Counted from the first letter of the stretch, positions 1 to 9,431 are shown. The stretch is DNA of 32,000 nucleotides from Zestosphaera tikiterensis (GCA_003056265.1 NBVN01000004.1:240001-272000); one strand, 5' to 3'. Notes: generated by a model not told the origin, from the letters alone. Numbers and translations are program-made.

Positions 1-170
1 CTAGAGAGAGGCTTGCTTCAATAATGACGAAGAACTTTAAGAGAACCGCTGATAGGTGGGAGCAACTAAAGAGCGATAGGAAGGATAGATTAGTAACCAT
101 GCGTGACGCAGCGTTCGTGTTAGCTGTGGAGAGAGTATATAAGGCAATGAAGGTTAGGGGTTGGATTTAA
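1..170 (+). CDS. gdhA: glutamate dehydrogenase, C-terminal fragment (5' part outside window)
   Basis: Frame open from the window edge (codons from nt 3) to TAA 168-170. Translation ends ...[24 protein letters not shown], which resembles the typical Glu/Leu/Phe/Val dehydrogenase C-terminus (AA-x-x-A-x-x-RV-x-x-AM-x-x-RGW). Confidence 0.65.
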   Translation, partial: RERLASIMTKNFKRTADRWEQLKSDRKDRLVTMRDAAFVLAVERVYKAMKVRGWI

Positions 171-267
171 AACCAAACATATTTTCAGATATGGGTAGGG
201 TATCGTTTAAGGACTGATGATGTAAAGCTTTTTCCCTTCAACATAACATAATTTTTCGGGTGTGTAA

Positions 268-1072
268 ATGTTAGCTAAGCTCGCTAGGCTTATCGCCGAA
301 TACTGCGTTAATGTAAAGCAGGGGATGAGGTTCTCATCAACGCTTCCTTAGAGGCTTACAACCGAAAGCCTCGCCTCTTTAGGGTGGGGATGAAGGTTTA
401 TAAGCTGTTGTTTCTAGTTCATTTTTGGTGATGATGTTTAATGTGTGTGGGAGGCAAACCTCAAACAAATCAATCAAAGCATACACGTAACCCATACCAT
501 GCCCTCCCACATGAAGTTTTGAGGCCTTCAGAGGTCGATGATTGATGAAGGTATTCCATAACCCCAAGTCCCCGAGGGGGGATAGGGGTAATGGGCTGGA
601 GGCCCGGCCCGGAGGTGAATGAAGAAAGATGTACCTCCAAACCAATGAACCGCCCGAAGAGGGACCCCGCCCTTCAGGACGGGGAGGAGGTCAGCCAGCC
701 ATATGGCGTGGTGTGGAGGTTAGGAACGTTAGGTTAGTCTTTAAGAAGGGTGTGGTTGTTGAAGCTAAAGCTGAAAGCGGTGAGGATTACTTAAGGAAAA
801 TGCTTGAGACTGATGAAGGTGCTAGGAGGGTTGGTGAGGTTGCTTTCGGTCTGAATTACGACATAACTAAGCAAACTAGGGAGATTTTATTCGATGAGAA
901 GATAGGCGGTACAATACATATAGCTTTAGGCTCCTCCTACGTTAAAACCGGCGGTAAGAACGTTTCAGCCATTCACTGGGACTTAGTGAAGGGTATGAAG
1001 AACGGTAGGGTTTTCGCGGATGGTGATCTAATATATGAGAACGGCAAGTTCTTAGATGAGGTGTTTAAATGA
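268..1072 (+). pseudogene. M29 (AmpS/aminopeptidase T-like) aminopeptidase, disrupted by element insertion, internal loss and frameshift
   Basis: N-terminal piece: ATG 268 MLAKLARLIAEYCVNVKQG, then after a 1-nt frame slip at the G-run 321-324, DEVLINASLEAY ending at 359. C-terminal piece 692-1072: [55 protein letters not shown]...IHIALG. Both pieces look like M29 aminopeptidase termini. About 200 central codons expected for the family are missing, and a 332-nt non-coding element lies between the pieces. Confidence 0.7.
360..691 (+). mobile_element. hairpin-ended non-coding repeat element, copy A (MITE-like, IS200/IS605-like ends)
   Basis: Reverse-complement homologue of 10215-10484, with a 42-nt perfect match (423-464 vs 10379-10420) and a 24-nt perfect match (531-554 vs 10290-10313). 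Subterminal GC hairpins at 369-389 (cctcgcc/ggtgggg) and 665-684 (ccccg..cgggg). Preceded by gcTTAC (354-359). Carries roughly 60 extra GC-rich nt (about 561-655) relative to copy B. Confidence 0.6.
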
Positions 1073-1545
1073 GTATTAAAGTAGGTATTGTTGACACGAC
1101 GTTCGCGAGGGTTGATATGGGTTCCGTAGCTGAGAAAACTCTTAAAGAGATCGCTCCCAACGCCTTAATCTATAGATATACAGTACCTGGGATTAAAGAC
1201 ATACCGGTGGCTGCCAAGAAGCTAATCGAGGAGAAAGGTTGCGACGGTGTTATAACTCTTGGTTGGGTTGGTTCAACACTTACGGACAAACTCTCCTACG
1301 TTGTAGCCAGCCTAGCACTGCAGTTAGTACAGCTTAAGACGAATAAACACATAATAGACGTTACGGTTCATGAAGATGAAGCGGAAAAACCTGAAGAGTT
1401 GGTTAAGATAGCTTTAGATAGGACGGTAAAGCACTGTAGGAACTTAGTAACGCTCGTAACTCAAGGAGGGGAGGGTCTTAGGAGATACGCTGGTAAGGGA
1501 TTAAGGCAGGGTAGGGAGGACGTAGGTCCTTTAACGAAGACGTAA
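1069..1545 (+). CDS. ribC: archaeal-type riboflavin synthase
   Basis: 158-aa ORF. The N-terminus [19 protein letters not shown] closely matches the conserved N-terminus of archaeal riboflavin synthases ([13 protein letters not shown]). The ATG overlaps the upstream stop (ATGA). Confidence 0.85.
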   Translation: MSIKVGIVDTTFARVDMGSVAEKTLKEIAPNALIYRYTVPGIKDIPVAAKKLIEEKGCDGVITLGWVGSTLTDKLSYVVASLALQLVQLKTNKHIIDVTVHEDEAEKPEELVKIALDRTVKHCRNLVTLVTQGGEGLRRYAGKGLRQGREDVGPLTKT

Positions 1546-1580
1546 TTTAAAAAGAGTGTAAAGACGTAGTTAACAAAGCT

Positions 1581-1640
1581 GTTTCACGCCGTTTCACGGC
1601 GTTTCTACGTGGATTTCACGGTATTGTTAATTAAATATAG
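1581..1640 (+). promoter_or_regulatory. four phased TTTCACG-like repeats followed by a TATA-like box
   Basis: gtttcacgcc / gtttcacggc / gtttctacgtg / gatttcacgg at 1581-1620, with a period of about 10-11 nt. The repeats are followed by ttaaatata at 1631-1639, about 27 nt upstream of GTG 1662 (ATG at 1671). Confidence 0.4.
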
Positions 1641-1661
1641 CGTTGAGTTTGTAAGTGAGGT

Positions 1662-3116
1662 GTGTTAAAGATGGCCGTGTTAGGGAGTAAACTTGGTAAA
1701 GGTGTTGCGTTGGCTTTACTAGCTTTGTTGCTAGCTTCAATAACCCCAACAACTAGCTTAACGGCCTTAGCCCAGCAACAGACAACCACTTCAACACGAC
1801 CTTCAACGCCGGCAAACACTTCAGTCCCTGTAAGGAGAGGTCCGGAACACGCGGTTCAAGTGCTTATTGATAGGACGGAGTTACTGATTGCTAGGATTAA
1901 AGACTTCACAAAGAAGTATAACATAACGTTACCTGAAAATTTAAGTACCTTATTAAGTACGGCTGAGGAGTTGGTGAATGAGGCGAAGAACTTACTGCCT
2001 ACAGACGTTAAAACAGCTTTAAACAAAACCTTAGAGGCTATGCATGCTGTTACGCCGATCTACGTTTACGTTATTCAGAACCTACCGCCGCAGGTTAAGG
2101 ATGAATTCGCCGTAAGGAAAACTGAAGCTCAATTTGAGGTAAGGCAGAGGACTTTAGAAGGTTTGAATAAGACCGTCGCTTGGCTTGAAGAAAGAGGTGT
2201 TGAAATACCTGACTGGGTTAAAGCAAACTTAAGCAGAGGGTTTGAGTTAATTCAGGAAGGGAAAACCGCTGTAGCGGAGGGCAACTTAACTAGAGCTAAG
2301 GAGTTAATGAAGGAGATAGATGAGATAATTAAAGACGTTAATAAAGCTTTATGCCTTAACTTAAGGCTTAAGTGGAGGAAAGCTGTCGCGTCTGAAAAAG
2401 CTCTGAAGTCCTTAATAGGTAACACACAAGCTTTAGTAGCTTTAGTCAACAAATCCGCTGAGATGCTTGCCGACGGTAATGTAGAGCAGGCTAAGGTAAC
2501 GCTTAAAATAGCTTTAAGAAACGCTGACAACATCCTCAACTTAATAAACTTAGTAGGTGTTTTACCGCTAGGGGAGGACAACTACAGTAAGGTAATAGAG
2601 TTATGTAATGATATAGCGTCAAAGCTTAAGGAAGCTATAGAAAGCGCTTTAGGTATAATAGATAAAGAAGACCAAGGTACAGCCTTATCAATCTTAAGTA
2701 GCGCTTTAGACAGCGTTGAACCTGAGGTTAACAAGCTTAAAACCTTATGTAGGTGGGCTTGGAGGGAGTTAGAAGAGGTTAGGATAGGTATAGTTAAAGT
2801 TAGAGACATGATTAAAAACGTACATATGCCTAAGTTGATAAGGGTTGTAGTGATACCTAAGATCGTCGGCTTAGGTTCGACAATGCAGATAAAGGCTTCA
2901 TACACATATGTAAAGAACCTCTACGAAAGAGGAGTGATCTCGTGCGGAACTTACAAGTCATTACTAACGTCGTTAAGCAACTTCATAAAACAGTTGATTG
3001 AGGGACTGCAGCAAACTACAGGCCACGGTCCTGGATCTAAGATAGACCTCCTGAAGCAAGAACTTCAGAAATTACTTGATGAAATAAATAACGAATTAAG
3101 CCAGTTGAAGTGCTAG
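1662..3116 (+). CDS. secreted alpha-helical protein of unknown function (signal peptide plus Thr/Ser/Pro-rich linker)
   Basis: 484-aa ORF. The N-terminal hydrophobic segment ALALLALLLASITPTTSLTALAQQ is followed by QTTTSTRPSTPANTS. The remainder is rich in K/E/L/A/N with heptad-like character and has no further TM segment. The start may be ATG 1671. Confidence 0.55.
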   Translation: MLKMAVLGSKLGKGVALALLALLLASITPTTSLTALAQQQTTTSTRPSTPANTSVPVRRGPEHAVQVLIDRTELLIARIKDFTKKYNITLPENLSTLLSTAEELVNEAKNLLPTDVKTALNKTLEAMHAVTPIYVYVIQNLPPQVKDEFAVRKTEAQFEVRQRTLEGLNKTVAWLEERGVEIPDWVKANLSRGFELIQEGKTAVAEGNLTRAKELMKEIDEIIKDVNKALCLNLRLKWRKAVASEKALKSLIGNTQALVALVNKSAEMLADGNVEQAKVTLKIALRNADNILNLINLVGVLPLGEDNYSKVIELCNDIASKLKEAIESALGIIDKEDQGTALSILSSALDSVEPEVNKLKTLCRWAWRELEEVRIGIVKVRDMIKNVHMPKLIRVVVIPKIVGLGSTMQIKASYTYVKNLYERGVISCGTYKSLLTSLSNFIKQLIEGLQQTTGHGPGSKIDLLKQELQKLLDEINNELSQLKC

Positions 3117-3132
3117 TTTAAATCAATCATTA

Positions 3133-3157
3133 AAGGTTTTTAGATAAAAACTTTTTG
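3133..3157 (+). terminator. putative terminator (imperfect hairpin plus oligo-T runs)
   Basis: aggttttt agat aaaaactttttg lies directly after the stop at 3116. T5 runs are the usual archaeal termination signal. Confidence 0.3.
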
Positions 3158-3244
3158 AATTAAAACACCTTTTGCAATCATCAAGAACGGTTTTTAGCTC
3201 AACCCTTTTAATGTTTTTAAATTAGATCTTCTTAGGGTTTAACG

Positions 3245-3700
3245 TTGAATTGGAGGGGGCATTTAGGCTTTAACATGTTCATTACTTCATCCATAGCTTA
3301 CTTCTTAGGCTTTACAGGTTCTTTAGTGAATCAAGTAATAATAATCTCGTCCGTCTTATCGTCTATTCCAGACATTGATTTAAGGATTGAATTATCACAT
3401 CGTGGATTAACTCATAACGTCTTTTTCAGTTTCTTCGCGTCTTTACTAGGTGGTTACGTAACTAACGTTTTAGGCTTAGGCTATACTTTAGGGTTTGCTT
3501 CAGTTTTAACGGCTTTTTTAACACATTTAGTAGCTGATTTACTTACGTATATGCCTTTCAACCCTCTCTACCCTTTAGTGGAGGGTAAATACTCCCTCAA
3601 GTTGTTTAAGTCTGATAACGCCTTAGTGAATAACCTAATGTTGGTTTTAGGTGTATTCACTTACTACGTTTACATAAGGTCTTACGGTTTCTCAATTTAG
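3245..3700 (+). CDS. small multi-pass membrane protein, DUF457/YdjM-like putative metal-dependent hydrolase
   Basis: 151-aa ORF with a TTG start and four to five hydrophobic segments. Conserved-looking His residues (WRGHLG, HRGLTHN, THLVAD) fit the membrane-bound metal-dependent hydrolase family. Confidence 0.5.
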   Translation: MNWRGHLGFNMFITSSIAYFLGFTGSLVNQVIIISSVLSSIPDIDLRIELSHRGLTHNVFFSFFASLLGGYVTNVLGLGYTLGFASVLTAFLTHLVADLLTYMPFNPLYPLVEGKYSLKLFKSDNALVNNLMLVLGVFTYYVYIRSYGFSI

Positions 3701-3798
3701 GAATTATTTCAACGCAGCGTTAAGACATTCTATCTTTAAGTTTAGCGAGGGTAGTACAGCTTTTAGGTAACGCTTCTTAAAAAGTAAGGGAGTGGCGG

Positions 3799-6453
3799 GT
3801 GGTCTGGCATTCAATGTCCATTGATGACGTGCTTAAAGCACTTAACACTAGCGAGCACGGTCTCAAAGAAGCTGAAGCTACTGAAAGACTTTCTAAATAT
3901 GGACTTAACGAGTTAGTATCTAAGAAGAGGTCTGTTATTGACTTATTCGTGAGGCAGTTTACGAATTTTCTAGTGTTGATTTTAATAGTTGCTACTGTGA
4001 TAGCTGCTTTGTTAGGTGAGTTAGTGGATTCTATAGCTATCTTAACTATAGTGTTGATTATGGGTGTTTCAGGATTTCTACAAGAATATAGGGCTGAAAG
4101 AGCTATAGAAGCTTTAAAGAAGTTAACAACGCCTGAAGTTAAGGTAGTTAGGGAAGGTAGGGTAGTCGTCATACCCTCCACGCATTTAGTTCCTGGAGAT
4201 ATAGTTCTATTAAGTGAAGGCGATAAAGTCCCAGCCGACATAAGGCTTATAGAATCTCAAGACTTACGAGTTGATGAATCACCACTTACGGGAGAGTCTG
4301 AAGCAGTTTTTAAAGACCATAGTAAAGTCCTTCCAGTAGATACGGAGTTGCATTCACGTGTTAATATGGTCTTCATGGGTACCTACGTATACTCAGGTAA
4401 GGGTAAAGGAGTTGTAGTAGCTACTGGGATGAAGACAGAATTGGGTAGGATAGCTGAGAAGTTAACTGAAGTTAAGGAGAAAAGAACGTTGCTTGAGGAG
4501 GAGTTGGATAGGTTTGGAAGGAAGTTAGGGCTCGTTATAATAGGGATAAGTGCTGTGGTCTTCGTAACTTCATTAACTCAAGCCCATATGTCTGTAATAG
4601 ATGCTTTCCTTCTGTCTATAGCGTTGGCTGTAGCAGCCATCCCCGAAGGGCTTCCAGCAATAGTTACTTCAGTCTTAGCTATCGGTGCGTATAGAATGTC
4701 TAAAAAGAACGTTATAGTGAGGGAGTTAGGAGCTATAGAGACTTTAGGCGCATGTGACGTAATAGCGTCAGATAAAACAGGCACCATAACTAAAGGTGAG
4801 ATGACCGTTAAGAAAGTTTGGATAGGGTTTAAAGAGTTTGAGGTGAGCGGCCAAGGCTACGAACCTAAAGGGGAGGTGATCCTAAATAATGAGTTAACTT
4901 ACGTCAACGAAGTTAAAACCTTAAGTGAGTTTCTAGCTTTACATGTTAAGAAAGACGTTGAGCTAATGTTTAAGGACGGCTTATGGCAAGTTAGAGGCTC
5001 ACCTACGGAGGGATCTGCGTTAGTTTTAACGTATAAGGTTTTAGGCAGAGATTACATAGATAAGATGGACGTAAGGCTTGTTAAGGTCTATCCATTCGAT
5101 AGGTTTAGAAAAAGGAAAACTACGGTTCATTCTCTAGGAAGTCAATACCTCGTAATATCCTCTGGAGCGCCTGAGTTATTGCTTGACATATCGAGTAAGT
5201 TACGTATCAACGGCGTTGAAGTTCCTTTAAGCGAGAACCTGAAAGAGAGGGTTAGGAATTACGTTGATAGCATAGCTTCGCAAGGCTTCAGAACGTATGG
5301 AGTAGCTTATAAGGTAGTGGAGGACTTTAACGAGTCCTCTGAAGTTGAGGATGTGGAGAAGGACTTCACGTTCTTCGCGGTGTTAGGCATTATAGACCCG
5401 CCTAGGGAGGGTGTGCGAGAAGCTGTTGAAGAGTTGAAGAGGGCTGGAATTAAAGTAATTATGATTACAGGAGATCATAGACTTACTGCTGAAGCCGTAG
5501 GTAGGATGATAGGTCTTGATGAAGGTGAGGTTCTCGAAGGTACCGCCCTAGATAGGATGAGTGATGAAGAGTTAATATCAGTTGTTGAGAAGGTCACTAT
5601 ATACGCTCGAGTCACGCCGGAACATAAGAGGAGGATCGTTAAAGCTCTGCAGTCAAGAGGGCATGTAGTCGCTATGACTGGTGACGGCGTTAACGATGCT
5701 TTAGCTCTTAAGGAAGCAGATTTAGGCGTTGCGATGGGTATTAGAGGAACTGAGGTGGCTAAGGAAGTCTCTAAGTTAGTTATTAAAGACGATAACTTCG
5801 TAACCATAGCTACCGCGGTTAAGGAAGGTAGGATAGTCTTCGAAAATTTAAAGAAGCCGATAAATTACCTAATCCCCGCAAACCTAGGTGAGGTCTCTAC
5901 AATACTCTTCACGGAGCTGGCGGGCTTCCCAACCCCTCTAACGCCAATACAACTGCTATGGATTAACGTAACTACGGATGCTTTACCTGCTCTAGCTTTA
6001 AGTGTGGAACCCCCCGAACCAGACATTATGTTAAGACCGCCGAGGGAGAGAAGCGCTTCATTCTTAACTACGCGGAAGTTAATCTTCTTTACTTCGTTGG
6101 GTGCTTTAATAGGGATTACAAACCTAGCTATATTCAGTTGGGGTTTGAAAGCGTTGAATGAAAGCATCGCTAGAACTTTAGTCTATATGGCTATAGGTAC
6201 GAGTGAATTCGGTAGGGCTCTTTCAGCTAGGTCGGAAGTTAGGAGCTTCCTCTACAGACCGTTTAACCTTTGGTTGTTGCCGGCTATAGCAGCATCTCTG
6301 ACCCTTTTGCTAGCGACGATATATGTAGAACCTCTTCAAGCTATATTTCAAACGTCGTCGGTTGCTGTGGAGTTGCTTTACATACCTTTAATCACGTCCT
6401 TACCTGTATTGCTAGCAGACGAAATTAGGAAGAGGTTGAAGATTAAACTCTAG
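3799..6453 (+). CDS. P-type cation-transporting ATPase (P2-like, Ca2+/Na+/K+ class)
   Basis: 884-aa ORF with TGES (LTGESEAV), the phosphorylation motif DKTGTIT, the hinge TGDGVNDALALKEADLGVAMG, PEGLPA in M4, and about 10 TM segments. The start may be ATG 3814 (MSIDDVLKAL). Confidence 0.9.
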   Translation: MVWHSMSIDDVLKALNTSEHGLKEAEATERLSKYGLNELVSKKRSVIDLFVRQFTNFLVLILIVATVIAALLGELVDSIAILTIVLIMGVSGFLQEYRAERAIEALKKLTTPEVKVVREGRVVVIPSTHLVPGDIVLLSEGDKVPADIRLIESQDLRVDESPLTGESEAVFKDHSKVLPVDTELHSRVNMVFMGTYVYSGKGKGVVVATGMKTELGRIAEKLTEVKEKRTLLEEELDRFGRKLGLVIIGISAVVFVTSLTQAHMSVIDAFLLSIALAVAAIPEGLPAIVTSVLAIGAYRMSKKNVIVRELGAIETLGACDVIASDKTGTITKGEMTVKKVWIGFKEFEVSGQGYEPKGEVILNNELTYVNEVKTLSEFLALHVKKDVELMFKDGLWQVRGSPTEGSALVLTYKVLGRDYIDKMDVRLVKVYPFDRFRKRKTTVHSLGSQYLVISSGAPELLLDISSKLRINGVEVPLSENLKERVRNYVDSIASQGFRTYGVAYKVVEDFNESSEVEDVEKDFTFFAVLGIIDPPREGVREAVEELKRAGIKVIMITGDHRLTAEAVGRMIGLDEGEVLEGTALDRMSDEELISVVEKVTIYARVTPEHKRRIVKALQSRGHVVAMTGDGVNDALALKEADLGVAMGIRGTEVAKEVSKLVIKDDNFVTIATAVKEGRIVFENLKKPINYLIPANLGEVSTILFTELAGFPTPLTPIQLLWINVTTDALPALALSVEPPEPDIMLRPPRERSASFLTTRKLIFFTSLGALIGITNLAIFSWGLKALNESIARTLVYMAIGTSEFGRALSARSEVRSFLYRPFNLWLLPAIAASLTLLLATIYVEPLQAIFQTSSVAVELLYIPLITSLPVLLADEIRKRLKIKL

Positions 6454-6531
6454 CTTCCCTACGTGTTTGAAGCGTGGATGTTATCGTTTAGCTTTATTTA
6501 CCTATTCTTCACGTAATTTTGCGGTGGTTTA

Positions 6532-7917
6532 ATGTTAGAGTTGATTAACAAAGCTTTAAAGAAGGCTGAAATTCTAGGCTGTAGCTATGCTGAGGTAAGG
6601 TTTCAGAGATATAGTTATGAACTGTTGATGGCTGATAATAAGATCTTGAAGGAGCATTCCAGGACGTTTAGAGCCGGCGTAGGGGTTAGAGTTCTGTATA
6701 ACGGAAGATTAGGTTTCGCCTCAACCAACGACTTAACGCTGGAATCCCTTGAAAGAGCTGTTTCGCAAGCTATATCATCAGCTAAGGCTTCCAAGGAGGT
6801 TGTGGAACTTAACATTTTAAACGGGCGTAAGGGTAGGTTCCACGCTCAGTTTAAGATAGACGTAGACGATGTTTCCGAAGAGGATAAGGTTTCAGTGGTT
6901 TTAGAAGCTAACAAAGCGGGGCTTGAGGTGGAGGGGGTTAAATCAAGCGTTACTAGATTAGGTATTCAGAAAGACTTCAGGTATGTGGCTACTTCAGACG
7001 GTAGTGAGTTGGAATATACGTCCACGTTGTTGGGGTTAAGTCAGTTAAGCATTGCTTACGAAGCGGGTAGGATGGAGAGGGTTTCAAATCAGGAATCTTA
7101 CGTAGCTGGGTGGGAGTTTATAAAGAATAGAAACTGGAGTGAGTTCGCTTCCGAGGTAAGTAAACTCGCTAGAGAAACTGTTAAAGCGCATCTCCCACCG
7201 TCTGGAAGGCTTACCGCTGTTGCGGATCCTGAGATGGTCGGCTTAATACTGCATGAAGCGTTCGGACACGCTTCAGAAGGTGATTTAGTTGCTTCAGGTG
7301 CCTCCATACTTAAAGGCAGGTTAGGTGAGACGATAGCGTCACATCAAGTTAGCATTGTTGACGACGGACTTGTTGAAGGGGGTTATTACGTGCCTTTCGA
7401 TGATGAAGGCAACATAAAAGAGAAAACTGTAGTCGTGGATAAAGGAGTTCTTAAAGGCTTCCTCACAAATAAGGAAACTGCGAAGAAGTTAAACCTTCCA
7501 GTGTCTGGAAACGGGAGAGCTCAAGACTTCGTTAACCCACCTATAGTTAGGCAGACGAACTTCTATATGTTACCAGGTGATTGGGGTGTGGAGGAGTTAA
7601 TACGTGAAGTTAAGTTCGGTATTTACCTTGTAGGTAGGGGAAGCTTCGGAGGTCAGGTACATACAGGGGCAGGTACCTTCACCTTCTCAGCAGGTCCTTC
7701 AAGACTTATTAGAAACGGTGAATTAGCTGAAGTCGTTAGAGGTGTGGTGGTCTCAGGATCGATTTTAGAAACTTTAAAGAATGTTATGGGCGTTGGTAAA
7801 GACCTCAGGGTAAGGACGTCGGTTTTTGGAAGATGTGGTAAGGACGGTCAGATGGTGAGGGTAGGTGATGGAGGACCTCACGTACTTATTAAAGACGTTA
7901 TAATAGGTGGTGGTTAA
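6532..7917 (+). CDS. tldD: TldD-family metalloprotease
   Basis: 461-aa ORF with an HExxxH motif (HEAFGHASEGD) and the C-terminal glycine-rich TldD/PmbA fold signature (GDGGPHVLI). Confidence 0.85.
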   Translation: MLELINKALKKAEILGCSYAEVRFQRYSYELLMADNKILKEHSRTFRAGVGVRVLYNGRLGFASTNDLTLESLERAVSQAISSAKASKEVVELNILNGRKGRFHAQFKIDVDDVSEEDKVSVVLEANKAGLEVEGVKSSVTRLGIQKDFRYVATSDGSELEYTSTLLGLSQLSIAYEAGRMERVSNQESYVAGWEFIKNRNWSEFASEVSKLARETVKAHLPPSGRLTAVADPEMVGLILHEAFGHASEGDLVASGASILKGRLGETIASHQVSIVDDGLVEGGYYVPFDDEGNIKEKTVVVDKGVLKGFLTNKETAKKLNLPVSGNGRAQDFVNPPIVRQTNFYMLPGDWGVEELIREVKFGIYLVGRGSFGGQVHTGAGTFTFSAGPSRLIRNGELAEVVRGVVVSGSILETLKNVMGVGKDLRVRTSVFGRCGKDGQMVRVGDGGPHVLIKDVIIGGG

Positions 7918-9248
7918 TGATGGATCTTGAAAAGATTTTAAATAAGTTACTAAGCTTAGGTGCTTCAGAGGCTGAGCTATACTTAGTTAAGAGTAGGGAA
8001 GTATCTCTAGACCTTACTCAAGTTATAAGTAAAGCTAGAACCTCCGAAGTCACTTCGTTAGGTATTAGAGTCGCTATAGGTAAGTCCGTAGCTACTGTGG
8101 GGACGCAGGACTTAAGCGAGAAAGGCGTTGAAGAAGCGTTAAGTAAAGCTATAGCAATAGCTAAAACCACACCACCGGACGAGCATTGGGTAAGCTTCAA
8201 TAAAGAGATAGGGTTTAAACCTCTAAACGGAGTCTACGATAAAGGCACGGCTGAAGCAAGTGCTGAGGATTTAGTCGGCGTTGCTGAAGAGTTACTTAAC
8301 TCGGTTAAGGAAGGCTTTAAAGAAGCCATCCCCGTTAGAGGTGCTGTAACTACCTCAACTCATGAGGTCATATACTTAAGTAGTTATGACGGACCCCTTA
8401 AAAGAGCTGAGACCGCGGCCGGTCTTTACATCATGGCTAAAGTGGAGGAGGCAGGTAAAGTAGGTACGTATGGTGAGAGGGATGTTAAGAGAAGTTTTAA
8501 AGATCTTGAGCCTAGGAAAGTAGGTGTTGAAGTAGGTTCACGGGCTAAAGACTTCGTTGACGCGACTTCCTTAGAAACAGGCGATTATGATGTCATACTT
8601 CATAATGATGTCGTCATTGCCATACTTCCTGTGATGTTGGGGCCCGCTGTTTCAGCGTTAAACATTCAGCAAGGTAGGTCTCCACTCATAGGTAAGAAAA
8701 ACGTTAAAATTCTCTCAGATCTAATCACCGTTGTTGATGGAGGAGCTGACTCCAGCCTACTAGGGTCTAAGGAATTTGATGATGAAGGATGCGCTACTAA
8801 TAACACAGTAATCGTGGATAAGGGAGTTCTTAAAACATATCTTTACGATTCATATACAGCCTATAGGGAAGGAGTTAAATCAACTGGAAATGCCGTGAGA
8901 ACCTACTCAGCTTCACCAACCCCGCAACCTAACCACCTACATTTAAGACCTGGAGACTCCTCACTAGAAGAAATGATTAAAGAAAGTAGGAAAGGGCTCT
9001 TAGTAATGTCAACTATAGGTGAGTGGCTTTCAAACTCGATTAGCGGACATTTAAACGCTACGATAACGCATGCTTACGTAATTAAAGAAGGTGAGGTTGT
9101 AGGCACAGTTAAAAACGGCGTTATCTCAGGTAACTTCTACGAACTACTTAACGTTAAGTTAGCTATGGTCGGTAAAGACTTAAGGATCCTCTATAGAGCG
9201 TCAGCCCCCTCTTTAATGATGCGTGAAGTGAGAGTTGCTGGAAAATAA
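7917..9248 (+). CDS. pmbA: PmbA/TldE-family protein (TldD partner)
   Basis: 443-aa paralogue of the preceding ORF that lacks HExxxH. Its start overlaps the tldD stop (TAATG), the typical tldD-pmbA pairing. Confidence 0.8.
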   Translation: MMDLEKILNKLLSLGASEAELYLVKSREVSLDLTQVISKARTSEVTSLGIRVAIGKSVATVGTQDLSEKGVEEALSKAIAIAKTTPPDEHWVSFNKEIGFKPLNGVYDKGTAEASAEDLVGVAEELLNSVKEGFKEAIPVRGAVTTSTHEVIYLSSYDGPLKRAETAAGLYIMAKVEEAGKVGTYGERDVKRSFKDLEPRKVGVEVGSRAKDFVDATSLETGDYDVILHNDVVIAILPVMLGPAVSALNIQQGRSPLIGKKNVKILSDLITVVDGGADSSLLGSKEFDDEGCATNNTVIVDKGVLKTYLYDSYTAYREGVKSTGNAVRTYSASPTPQPNHLHLRPGDSSLEEMIKESRKGLLVMSTIGEWLSNSISGHLNATITHAYVIKEGEVVGTVKNGVISGNFYELLNVKLAMVGKDLRILYRASAPSLMMREVRVAGK

Positions 9249-9431
9249 CCCTCACATTTTGACTTTTTAAATAGTTCCCTAACATATCAAAGACTTAAAC
9301 CATCTACTCATTCTCATCTTAATGCGTCGTTCCTTAGCCTCGGGAGATCTCGAGAACTTCCGTTCGTAGTTTCGCATAAAGCCAACAAAACATCATTTTA
9401 GTTGTCAACGCTCTAAAGCAGTAAGTTTAAC

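Noticed and set aside
379-645. 88-aa minus-strand ORF lying entirely inside element copy A, as a possible element-encoded protein
   Set aside because: The equivalent region of copy B does not preserve the frame: a 1-nt indel near ccctcccac shifts it, and the B version ends after ...NIITKIN*. Only a ~25-codon stretch (MG(Y/C)VYALIDL(F/L)EVCLPHTLNIITK) is shared. That stretch coincides with the near-identical nucleotide core, showing 2 synonymous and 3 non-synonymous differences, so there is no coding signature. A conserved micro-ORF cannot be fully excluded.
1631-1819. 62-aa minus-strand ORF overlapping the promoter and signal-peptide region of the secreted protein gene
   Set aside because: It overlaps a better-supported plus-strand gene start and TATA box. 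It has no motif and an odd composition.
2252-2905. Minus-strand ORFs 2252-2581 and 2582-2905, and similar antisense ORFs (3777-4241, 4578-4787, 5475-5807, 5865-6167, 6615-6815, 7098-7307, 8018-8200, 11798-12010, 13610-13969, 18538-18828, 19339-19650, 20472-20762, 22048-22452, 24005-24208, 24350-24580, 24799-25089, 25299-25646, 26586-27131, 30321-30707, 31653-31847)
   Set aside because: All lie antisense to, or out of frame within, long ORFs that have clear family motifs. Their translations are low-complexity (Ser/Leu/Thr/Pro-rich) mirror products. Those at 24005-25089 exist only because the A-rich sense patches leave the opposite strand free of stop codons.
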